Translations under genes and position numbers: made by a program
Part shown: positions 9,059 through 19,700 of the stretch, in pieces
How the letters are laid out: each line of letters begins with the position of its first letter
How positions within the stretch are numbered: position 1 is the first letter of the stretch
The notes under the pieces: model-generated
What the model was told of the DNA's origin: nothing
The model's input: the letters and a program-made list of their open reading frames with translations, nothing else
Databases searched by the model: none
Assembly (NCBI GenBank): GCA_964441355.1
Contig: CAYTXY010000001.1
Location: forward strand, 1-34,365
Direction: 5' to 3'
Length of the DNA: 34,365 nucleotides
DNA from: an uncultured bacterium
GTDB lineage: Bacteria > Chlamydiota > Chlamydiia > Chlamydiales > SM23-39

Positions 9059-9838
9059 CTATTTGGAAGAAGCTGGATAGGCTTGCTTGACGAGGATCTG
9101 TTGGCAGGCGTTTTTGAGAAGCTGTAAGACGTCTTTGGCCGTCTGAGTGTCCATCGCGGCCGATCTGTGAAGTTCCTGTTCGATGCGAGGAGAGAGGCGC
9201 AAGAATTGTTTCGCAAGCTCTGCCGTTTCGATAAACTTGGGATTGTCTGCCGGCAGATCGAGGACCTCGTGCAAAGCTTGGAGCATTTTCCCATATTCGA
9301 CGCCGAGCAGGCGGAACCGCTCTTGAGGCAAGGGGTCTGCGATCAGGGGCGCGACCGCGGGAAAGATGATGAAATTGGCAAATGAGGAAATCAGGTAAGC
9401 CCCGACAAAAAGCCTCAAGCCCGAAAAAGAAAATAGATCTTCCATGCCGCTCTTTACGCAAACTCCGAGGCTTCCTTGAGAAAGGCAGCGTGTGAAATAG
9501 CGGGCGACCGGGAGGAGGAAAGCTCCGGCTCCGAGAGCAAGCCCGGCGAGTTGCATAGTGTTGCCGATGGCGGCGTCGCATTCCGCCTTGGTATCGAAGC
9601 CGAGATTACCCTGATGAAGATAGGGGGACAACCTGGAGATGTTCTTAGGACATACGCGGTATTGGATCTCTTCCGGCTTGGACTGGGAAATCAGCTTGAA
9701 ATTCTGCCAGGCGAACTTCTCGTCCCATTCAGGCTGTTTGGGGAGGATCCAATATTTCATTTTTTGGTAGGCAAAGCTCGTCAGCCCGTACGTGGCCGAA
9801 AGGAGAGGAAGGGCACCGTAAAATTTTAATAGGCTCAT
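9059..9838 (-). CDS. Hypothetical TM-hairpin protein, last gene of the giant-ORF operon (paralog of 9835..10770)
   Basis: 4-nt overlap with the upstream gene. TM helix LAGLALGAGAFLLPVARYF, two-Cys loop (RCLSQGSLGVCV), second TM region LFVGAYLISSFANFIIFPAVAPL, and a helical tail ending AKDVLQLLKNACQQIL. Aligns with the upstream protein (NLGFDTKAECDAAIGN...CLSQG vs RLGYDDPVHYQTALGD...CLQGQ). Confidence 0.75.
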   Translation of the reverse strand: MSLLKFYGALPLLSATYGLTSFAYQKMKYWILPKQPEWDEKFAWQNFKLISQSKPEEIQYRVCPKNISRLSPYLHQGNLGFDTKAECDAAIGNTMQLAGLALGAGAFLLPVARYFTRCLSQGSLGVCVKSGMEDLFSFSGLRLFVGAYLISSFANFIIFPAVAPLIADPLPQERFRLLGVEYGKMLQALHEVLDLPADNPKFIETAELAKQFLRLSPRIEQELHRSAAMDTQTAKDVLQLLKNACQQILVKQAYPASSK

Positions 9839-10770
9839 GGCATCTTCTCAAAAATGGGATTTGGATCGAGAACTTCTTGGCAGGCCGCTTTTAAATGATT
9901 CGTAAGTTTTTGGGCTTCCTTTTTCGGGATTTGCAGCTCGACATGGAGAGTGGCTTCGATCAGTTCGGAATTTTTTTGGATGCGCAGGGCCAAGTCCTCT
10001 GCCGAAGAGGGGGCGGTTTTTGAGCGCTCTCTCAGCTCTTTAGCGGCCGTTAAGTATAGGGTTTCGAGCCGTGACTGCCTCCAGCCCAAAGATGGGTCGT
10101 GAAGGAATTTCCCGAGCCAACCTTTCCGGTGGGCATAGAGGGAAGCGGCCAAAAGGAGCCCTGCTACGGCAAGCACGGTCTTGCCAGGGGTATTTTGCCA
10201 AAAGTCGGCGGCCTCTTTACTGCAAAGAGCATAGGCGCGGGCCTTTTCGGATGAGTTCTGTCCTTGGAGACAAGCAATCCTCAGGACTCTCGCAAGGACA
10301 AAGATGGCAAGGCCGGTGAGCCCCGTTTGTGCCGCAATCGCCCGGTCGCCGAGGGCCGTTTGGTAATGGACAGGGTCGTCGTAGCCGAGGCGGATCGCAT
10401 TTTGGCGGGGCACCCGCTTAAATACCTCAACGGTTGCGATCGATTGGATCGCATTGCTTGAGGCCATTTCGCCGAGGCGCCTGAGGTTATAAGAAGGATC
10501 GTTCGGCCGTAAAAATGCAGTATCGAGGGGAGCCGGCGGGACGATGGGTTCGAGCGCCGGTTCTTTTTTCAGAGGCGAAGCGGCTGCGCCAAAGAAAATG
10601 TTTTGGATCCAATGGACAAATTCCAAAAACCAGCGGCAAATCTTTTCCCAAACGGCCCTCAAAGGATTTTCCACCGCCTGCCTCGTAATCGTTCGACCTT
10701 TGAGCGAGCCGGCTTCCAGCTTGGGCAAAATGAGTGGAGGTTCGCTTTTGTTAGAGATGGCAGAGGTCAT
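9835..10770 (-). CDS. Hypothetical TM-hairpin protein (paralog of 9059..9838)
   Basis: 4-nt overlaps on both sides. TM helix GLTGLAIFVLARVLRIA, two-Cys loop (CLQGQNSSEKARAYALC), second TM helix VLAVAGLLLAASLYAH, and a helical tail ending AQKLTNHLKAACQEVL. Confidence 0.75.
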   Translation of the reverse strand: MTSAISNKSEPPLILPKLEAGSLKGRTITRQAVENPLRAVWEKICRWFLEFVHWIQNIFFGAAASPLKKEPALEPIVPPAPLDTAFLRPNDPSYNLRRLGEMASSNAIQSIATVEVFKRVPRQNAIRLGYDDPVHYQTALGDRAIAAQTGLTGLAIFVLARVLRIACLQGQNSSEKARAYALCSKEAADFWQNTPGKTVLAVAGLLLAASLYAHRKGWLGKFLHDPSLGWRQSRLETLYLTAAKELRERSKTAPSSAEDLALRIQKNSELIEATLHVELQIPKKEAQKLTNHLKAACQEVLDPNPIFEKMP

Positions 10771-13700
10771 GGCTTACCCTTCCGAAGTTGCTGATAAATT
10801 TTGCCAAGCGCACTATTTTTATAATCCCGTTTCGACTGCTCCTTGAAGGCGCAAATGGACTCTTTAAAATGTTTTTCCATTTCTTCGATTTTGCCTTTTT
10901 TCCCACTGAAGGAAGAGGTGCTTGCTGCGCTGCCCAGCCAAGTTTTTAAAATTTTCTGTTCTTTTTCATTGTAATGAACCTGGCCGTCGAAATACTTGGC
11001 TTGGACAAGAAGGCGAGCTAGCTCAGGGTTTTTCTCCAATTCGTCCTTGGGGATCGGCGGATTGCTTTCATAGAGGCTATTCAAACCGAGATCCCCGATC
11101 CATACCTGCACGTCATCGCCGCCAGCCCGTGGGAAGCCGGGGTGGTCGCGGCTAAATAAGTTTACCCACCAGTTCTTGTGGGTAAAATAATCTGCCATAT
11201 ACGCGTCTTTTGATAAGTCTGGATCTTTGCCCTTGCGCGCGAGCCCCTGTTTTTCCTGGAGGGCGGCTTTGAAGGCTGCTACATCGAAGGGCTCCAAGGC
11301 GATGAGCTTGAATTGCTTCGTCCTTCGGTTTTTTACGATTATAATGTTTTGCAAGGGTTTCTGGAATTGGCTGAAGGGGGCCCTAAGAGTAGGCGTGCTG
11401 CGTTGAAAATTGGAGCTGAGTAAAAATTCCTCATCGAAGATGGGCATTTCAGAGACGATTTGGTTCGGGTTTATAAAATTCGCGCCGTGCCAAGATAAAT
11501 ATGAACTCTTTTCATACAGTGCCGACTTTTCGACGTTTCCAGCGTCGAGCGCCCACTGGTAATGGGTCGCGGGATGAACGTCAAGCCGTTTTGCTTGGCT
11601 TTCTTCTTGCTGCATCATTTGGTCCTGCTGCTGCTCTTGCTGCTGTTCTTGCTGGACCTCGACCTGCTGCTCCATGCCGGAGGAGAAAATCGATTTTCTC
11701 ACCTTGTCAGGCAGCTCCGCTCGGCTCACCGTCTGGTTCATGAGGGAGCGGAGCTCATTTTTATATTGAGCAAGGCCGCCAGTCAGTCCGAGCCGATCGA
11801 TGAGCCGATCGATTTTATCCCCGTAGGCCGCCTGAGCGTCAACGAGGTCGGTCCCTTGGCCGTAGTTGAGGAAAGGGGAGATCGTCTGTTTCTGGAAAAA
11901 GAGAGGCTCGACCAGTTTGACAAGATCGTTGATGAATCCGATATTTTTAAGCTGAAGGATTTTTCCCAAAAGCCATTCTTCGACGACGCCGCTGAGTTTG
12001 TGAGTCGTTGCGACCTCGTTGTCTTCGCCTTGGCGGCGCGCTTCGTGCTGGATCAAATACCGGAGCACTTGTTTCTCACCCACATGGGCATCCGGCGGAA
12101 GGCCGAGGAATTCCCGGATGGCCAGCGCATCGCTCTCTAAGAGGGCGATTTCGATCCTTTGTCCTGCTGCGATCTTCCTCATCCGGCCCACAGCCTGGAT
12201 GAAATCGCGCATGATCATCTTCTTGCTCACTGTTACTAGGGCAATGGCGTTGATCGCTTGTTTGATGTCGATCCCGAACGTATGTTTTTGATCGTAGATC
12301 GTGAGCTGTTTTTGGACGGGGCAGGAGCTTCTTTCCAATGGGATAAGCGTCGATTCCCCTTTTTCCCAAATCATCGCGTCTTCTTCTTTATCGAACACGA
12401 TGGCGCACTCCTCGGAGGATCCGTTCATTATGCGGGACTCCAGCCACTTCTTGGCCGTTTCTTCCAGGTCGCATTCTTTGAGGGTGCCGCCGGCGTCGAT
12501 GAGCGCCTTGATATGGCGGTATTTTGAGCCGTTGATCAACGCGTCCCTGAGTTCTTTTGCGCTCGGGAAGACCGTTACTTTGTCTTTCGCTTGGGCATAG
12601 GCTAATGCGACGATTTGCCCCCTTGCCCCCTTTTCGAATTTGGGGGGGAGGTTGTCATGGAAAGCGCCTGAGTCCCACAAGGCTCCGGCGAACCCTTTTG
12701 TCTTCTTGTAAAGAAAGCCAAAGATTTGCGAGGTGGCTTTGAGGTTTTCCGGATAGACCTTCGCTTGCGTGAGCACATATTTTCCAAGAAGGGCAAATTT
12801 TTGTTTCGGATCGGCGTCGAGAACTTTCATTAACCGGTCGACGATGTCGGGATTGAATAAAGGAAGATCGTCCCTCTCTCCGAAATAGCTCTCGAACTCG
12901 ACATGGGCTTTCGTCTTATAATTGGGATTTTTCTTGACCTCTTCAGAGTTCTCTTTCATTTCCTTCAAGGCTTTTCCTTGAAGGTCAAAGACGAGTTTTT
13001 CGACGATCGGCCGTCGAACCGCCGGCTCTTTCAAATAGGCTTGGATCGTTTCGTCGACCCGCTCAAACGGGTCGCTGCGTTGCGAGCCGAGATTCGGCGC
13101 GTTGCTGCCGCTGAACGGATCTGCGAGGATGCTCGTATTGGTATGGAATCCGTAGTTTTCCCCAAAATTTTTCTCCAAGGTGAGAGGAAGGAGGATGTTC
13201 AGCTGCCCTCGGATGAGGCCGAGCTGGTCGCGGAGCTCCGCATCGGAAATTTTTTCGACCCAAATTTCTGCCTCGTGAGTCGGGTCATTGCCCAGGAAAT
13301 AGTTCTTGAGCCGCTCTTTTTCGGGGGCGGAACAATGTCGGTAGAACTGATGCAGCAAGGGGAACTCATCCCCATGTTCTAGAAAGGAGAGTAGTTTTGC
13401 CGTCAAGGCCGGCTTGATTTTATTCTCGAAAACTTTCGGGGTGCACGCCTTGGCTTTGCCCGGGAAGAAATCAAAGCTTGCGATTTCGAGGATCTCGGGG
13501 CTTGTCAAAAGCTCATAGATTTTTAGGGTAAGCGCGAGGTAGTTTTCTCCGATCGGCTGGGCCTCTCCGGCTGGAAAGTTGAGCTCGGAGCGAGGATTGA
13601 AGATCATGTCGGCCTCATCGCAAAGCACGTAGCCTTTTTCTTTGAAGAGTTTGAAGATCTTGCGCATGAGTTCGGCTTGCATTTCCCGCTCAGGGGTAGG

Positions 13701-16700
13701 AGACTGGTTCCAGAGCCGCAAGATCCGGTAGAATTGGTTGCGGAACGCTTTGATATCGCGGTCGGTGGTCATGACGAATTCCCGCTTTACGATGGCGTCC
13801 TCGAACATCTTCAAGAGGCCTTTCAAGTTCTCTTCGCTCAAATCGGTATTGATATTGAATTGGAACCGTTTGACCTTTTGCATAAAGGACTTGCCGAGAA
13901 TTTGTTCGCCTTTCCTCATATTGTCGAGGAGCGCTTCGGGCATGATGGCCATGCAAAGGCGGGTGCCGTCTGCGCACCAAAAGGCAAATGTCGGCAGTTG
14001 GTAGGTAGTTTTCCCTTTTCCTACCATCATTTCTTGGATCAAATTCTCTAGCACGAGCGCTTCCAACGACCCTTCGATTTCGACCCCGAGCCCGGGCAGG
14101 TTTTTGATCTGTTCTTCGAGGTAATAATAGCCGTTATGGTATTCGAACACTTTCAAGAAGCGGTTCTTCTCGGTGGGGATGTAATGCCGTTTGGTGCTCG
14201 CCGCCTGAACGAACTCCGTTAGGGCCAGCTGGAGGAGCGGATCGTCCTCTTTCAAATGGCTGACCCGTTCGACCTCCGCCATTTTTTCGATCACTCTGGC
14301 CCTTTGGCCGTTTTGGATCGCCAGATCGAGATAAAGGTCGATCCCCCGGTCGAGGTTGGCGATATCCTCCGGTTTCAATTCGGGATTTCTCGACTTGAGA
14401 GTCCCGAGCTTATTTTTCCTATAGAGGACGATCAGTTCGTTCAATTCGATGGGCGCCGACGCATCGCCATCGGACGGGGGCTGCGAGCGGGCCGCTTTTT
14501 CAGGATCATTGGGGGCTTTCGCAAAGAGGCGCAAGATGGCAAGTTCCGCCCCGGCAAGCGCTTCCCGCATGTAATAGTGGGTTTTTTCGAGTGTGATGCG
14601 CTTTTCTTGGAAAAGAGCCAGATTTTTCAATGCGTAATGATTTGTATCCTTAGATTCAAGATAGAAGAGGGCGTCTTTATAATAGAAGTCGAACGCCTTC
14701 TTTTCGAGCGAAGTGGTCCCTTGTCCAAGAAGTAGGTCTTGGAGGTCGGCCTCGGCAAGTCCGCCGTTCGCTTTTTTAGCGGCGGTGACAAAATCGAGAG
14801 GATCATCAAGAATGGGTTGCAGCAAGAGCGAGTTAGGAGCGGCCGTTTTTCCGTTCCCTACCGGCGCGCGAAGCCATTGATGGATCTGATTCAAATCGAG
14901 CTTTTTGCCGGAGGCTAGAAAGGCGATGGCATCTTTGGCCCGATCGGGATTTTTTATTTTCAGGTCTTTCAGGATTTGGAGATCTTTCGGATCGATATCG
15001 GAAATTTCAAGGAGCGCCAGTTCTTCATCGAGGTCCAGGCGGAAGAGGCCGAGCTTGGGAAGAGTTTTGAAATATTCGTCTGCGACCTGTTTGCCTAATT
15101 TGCCCCCCTCGTTTTGGACTAAGGCAGCCTGGGCGAGGGCTCGAAGCGCGGTCAACGGGGGAGCGTTATGGGAGACATACTTGTCGAGGCCTGAGATCAA
15201 TTGGAAGATCTCCTTTTCTTTTTGAGGGAAAGGACGGCTGCTTCCGCCAAACTCCCTCAGGAGAGCGAAGGCGTCTTTATATCGCTTTTTGGCACCGTGG
15301 ATCATCGCGAGATAAAAGTTCGCGCCGAGATCGTTCGGATTGGAAAAGCGCTTGGCGCCATCGAACTTGTCGTAGGTGTAGTAGGATTGTTTGCTTTTCT
15401 TTTCATCCAACTCTTCGGAGTTTCTCTCGAAGGCCAGGTGAGACGAGAGGGAGCTTCCCTTGAAGGGGACGAGGGGTTGGGCGGCCAAAATGAGTTTTTC
15501 CTCCCCCCTTTTATTTTGCAGCAAGAGGAAGTTGGGCAAGTGAGCGCCTAGTGGATTGATCTGACGGCGCTTGAGATGATACCCGGCGAATTGCTCCGAT
15601 TTAAAAAGAGTTCCGTCTTTGACAAACGATAGGGCGAATCTTGGAAATTCGATCCGGGCCGTCTCTTTTGTCTGCGGGTCTTTCCAAATCATCGTTTGGG
15701 TGGGGTCTTCGAATTGCAACGCCCAAGAAAAAGTCTTTTTTTCTTTCGCAAGGTCGACGAGCTCGAGAGGCGCCATTCCGCCTTTGGCGGTTGTGATTTT
15801 TCTTAGGATTTGATGGGAACCCTCGATTTTCAAAATTTCCGAGCTGCCGATTTCTGCCCGATATTTTGGCTGAGAGGTCTTGGCATCGAGGATGAGCATT
15901 TCTCCCTTCCCGTGCCAATGGGTATGCCCAGCGATCAGGGGCAAGGCGGGCAAGATCCATTTATCTTTTTCCAACGTTGGGATCGCAGAGTGAATCGCAT
16001 GGACCAATTGATCGAGTTCCGATTTTTCTTTTTTCTTGCCGAGAACCACATCGCGTGGAACGTATTGATACCAGCCGCGGGGGAATTTTCTTTGGATCAC
16101 ATACTGTCCGTCCGGTTGCCGGATGAGGCGGTTAACGGCCGTATGCTGATCAGTAAATTCAAACGTGGTGAGGGAGATCGCCTTGCACCGGAATTCCTTG
16201 TCATATAGCTCCGCAAAGACGGGGCTGCTCAGCGCGTCGGCGGGAAGGGGAATGCCGCTGATTCCAGGGGCGATCACGAGCCCCTGCTGCAAGTCGAGGA
16301 TCGTTCCATCTACAGCCGTAAAGACGAGAGGGTTGTCCTTGGATTTCGTAACGTGGGGGCTTTTCGCCAAGGAGGGATAGACTTCCCGGGCGATCCGGTC
16401 TAAAAAAGCGGGGTCGGTTTGCGTGGCTTTCAAAATGGCGGGGGCGAAACGGACAAGGAGCCGCTTAAGATCCGCAGCGAGGAGCGGGTCGACCGTAACA
16501 CCCGACGGCGGGAAACTATGATAGAAAAGGACGTGGCGCAAGAAATCTTCCGCTTCGCCGGCCCCGAGCGTAGCTTTCGCCAATTTCTGCTGAGCGAGAA
16601 GCCCATGGATCACCCCTAAAGATTCGGGAGGCGCCCCAACGAGAGCCCTCTTCAAGGTGGACTTTTCCCCGTCTGCAAGGGAGGTGAAAAATGGGGGCGC

Positions 16701-19700
16701 CGGATGATTTTTGTAAACTGCTGGATGATATTGCCGGGCCTGCAGGCTGTATTGGCCAAGGCGCGAGGCTAGAGAGAGAGCGAAATCAGATGCCGCATGG
16801 TTGCCGATTTTCGAATTCAGAAGGTACTCGCCTTCCACGAATTCGGCCAGTTGCCGCTCCAATTCGGGGCCCCGGTTTTTCATCGCCAGCTCATCGCTGA
16901 GCAGCGGCGCGTCGAAGAGGAGTTTTAGACAGTAGGTCTGCAGGTCAGGGCGTTGGAGAAGGTTCGGCTTTTTCCGGAAAAAAGAAAGGGTGTTGGCGAT
17001 TTGCACCGCAGGCTCGGTACGGAGCGACGCGAGCTCTTCATATTCTTGTTTCGTGAGATATTTCTTCAGTTCGTCGATATCTTGGACCATGACGACATTG
17101 AGGTCGTAGATATTCCGTCCCGCTTCGGTGATGCCAGGGTAAAACGACCTGAAGGATTTCGATGTGGAGGGGAAAAATTTACCGAGCAGCTTTTGGAAGA
17201 AGTTTTCAAAAGGATCCCAGTGGCCTCCCTCGATCCTTGTCAGGTGGCGCCCTTCGATCTGTCTGATGACCTCGTCTACGACAGGGCGCTGGGAATGATG
17301 GAATTGGTGGGCCTTGTCGGACCCGTCGGCAATCTGGGGATTGTCTTGGAAAACGGATTCGTCGATCCCATCGACTTTGGGATAGATGAACCAGCCTTTT
17401 AACCCCAAAAAGGAGTAGATCGCGCCGACGGCCGGGCTGAGTTCGTTAGCCGCGTCAACCCCTTCGAAGCTCACCTCGTAGGATTGTTCGGTCTTCTTGA
17501 ATCCTGACGGTTTGACGAAGGTCCCGCGGAAAAAATATTCGGCGTTGAAAGCGAGTCTGCGGGCGGCATAAAACGCCTTCGGAAGAAAGCTGCCGGTCAG
17601 CATTTCCTTGTATATGCTCACCTCCGGCATTTTCGTTGGGAAAGAGGGGACGAAACGGTCCAAATAGTTTTTAAGATGCCTGCCCTCCAAGATGAAGGAT
17701 TGGCTGAGCTGTTTGACGATATCGGGGTTTTTGGCGATTTCGTCTGCCAACGTTCCTTTGCCGAATAATTGATCCAGCATCACGGCCCCTTTGAAAACAT
17801 TCTCGGACATCTCGAAACCGCCCATCATAATTTTGGGCGTGGCGACGAGATCCCCGGTGAAAAAGGAGGAAAGTCTCCGTTTCACCGGGGACAAATTCGT
17901 TTCGAATAAGGAATCGCCGTCTCTGTGTCCTTCAAAAAGACTTTGGAACGCTGGATTTGCTAAGTGCTGTTCGAGGGCCTTCATCCGCTTTTCGAGCTTT
18001 GGGTCGCCGAGTTGATAAAAGACGCCGCGGTTGAAGACGTAGGGGGCGATTTCCTTCAAGGGCATGTGCTGGTCGTTCAGATGGGTCGATGCCGGAAGCT
18101 TTTCCATTAACCGGTCGGCAAGGGCCATCGTTTCCATCATGAGAAGCCCCGACTCGGCGTCGGGAAGGCGCGGGACGCTCGCATCGAAATAGCTTTTGAA
18201 ATAGAAGTGGCTGATTGTCTCCAAAGAAAACAGAATTTTTTCCGCCATTTCAGGGGTCAATCCCTTCCAGAACATCTCGTCTAAGGCCGCTAAATTGAAA
18301 CGGTCGAAGAAGGATTTCACCGAGAAGACGATCCCGTCGTAGTTTTCATTTTTGTATTCGGCTGTCAATTGGGCTGCGTAATCGAACATCCTGCTTATGT
18401 TCGAAAGGGCAGGGCTCCATCCGGTAAAATCTTCGATCAGCTTCAATTTGGCAAGCGGCGGCGCAGCGTCGCTGACAGCATCAGAGCGGTCGGGAAGAGC
18501 GATCGTTTCTCCCAGTCCCCCGTAGATCGGTTCGGTGCTGACGGGAGGGATCTTTTCGGCGAGCTCACGAAAATAGGCCGACTCCTCTTCTTTGATCCTC
18601 GCTTTCACTTCGCCTAAAAGGGAATGGGCGTAGAGGAATTTTTCTTTAGGGACGACGGCGTTATCCAAGAGTTGACGATGGAGGATCTCAAGGGCGGCTT
18701 TATTCAAGTTCAAGAAAATTTCCGGCTCCGTTTCAGCCAATACCGGACCCTGGCTCAAATGGACGAGGCTCGCCAGTTTGATGTCGGCGGCGGCATCCCC
18801 TTTGTCTTTGAAGTAGGTTTCCCAAACTTCCCAAGGATTGTTGAAAAAGGAGACGGAAGGGGCTGCGCTGAAATGTTTTTTAATAAAATCGTCGAATGTC
18901 CACCCTTTCTGCACGACAAAGCCGGACATCGCGGCGATCGATTCCGCAACGTCTTTGCCTCGGGTTGCCATAGTTTGCTGCGCTGTCTGCCCTAGCCGCG
19001 TTGCTAGGCAGGTCAACAGCGGGGTCTTATCAGAGCAACCGTTTAGTGAATCGTCCCAATTTTGGCTGAGAAGGGAAATCAAGGGTGTGAGTTGATTCGC
19101 CTCTCCCACAGCGCTTGTCGCTTTCAGTAAATCTTCCAAAAATTCGGGCTTCAACAATCGATCCCGCGGGATCTCTTTGAGGAGCACGTCGTTTTTCCCT
19201 TGGTAGATTCGAACCGAGTAGGCGGCCCCTTTTTTTGACTTTTCGATACGGAGGAGGGCTGTCGCCTCTTTAAAAAATGATTGACCTTCCATCAACGAAA
19301 TGATGTCTTTGAGAGGCTGTCCGGCATTGACCCTTTGTTGCAGTTGGTTGATGTTGCCCAAAATCGGTTGTTCGACAGTCAAAGGAATAAAAACGGCGCT
19401 TAGCTGATTCGCATCCAACGCATCGAGCCGGCTGGCGAGCTCGCCCCGGAGCTGAGCGCTCGCCGATTTCACAACTACGTCGTATTCATAACTGGAGGTA
19501 AGGAAGCGGACGATGGGATAGCGCATCATTTGCTCTCGGAAATTTTCTAAGAGCTTTCCGAGCGCCTCCAGGTCGGATAGGGCGGATTGGAGTTCCAAGT
19601 CTTTTATTTGAGATAAGAGCGGTTTGAGAGAAGCTGTGAAGGGGAGGAAGCCTGGGGTGTCGAGTTTTGTATTTGGGCCGAGGTCCTTCGCAAACATCGC

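Noticed and set aside
14844-14867. Second Walker-A-like string APVGNGKT in the giant protein (around residue 1830)
   Set aside because: It matches [AG]x4GK[ST] only as an isolated string. No hydrophobic beta-strand lead-in or downstream Walker B context is visible, so it is probably fortuitous.
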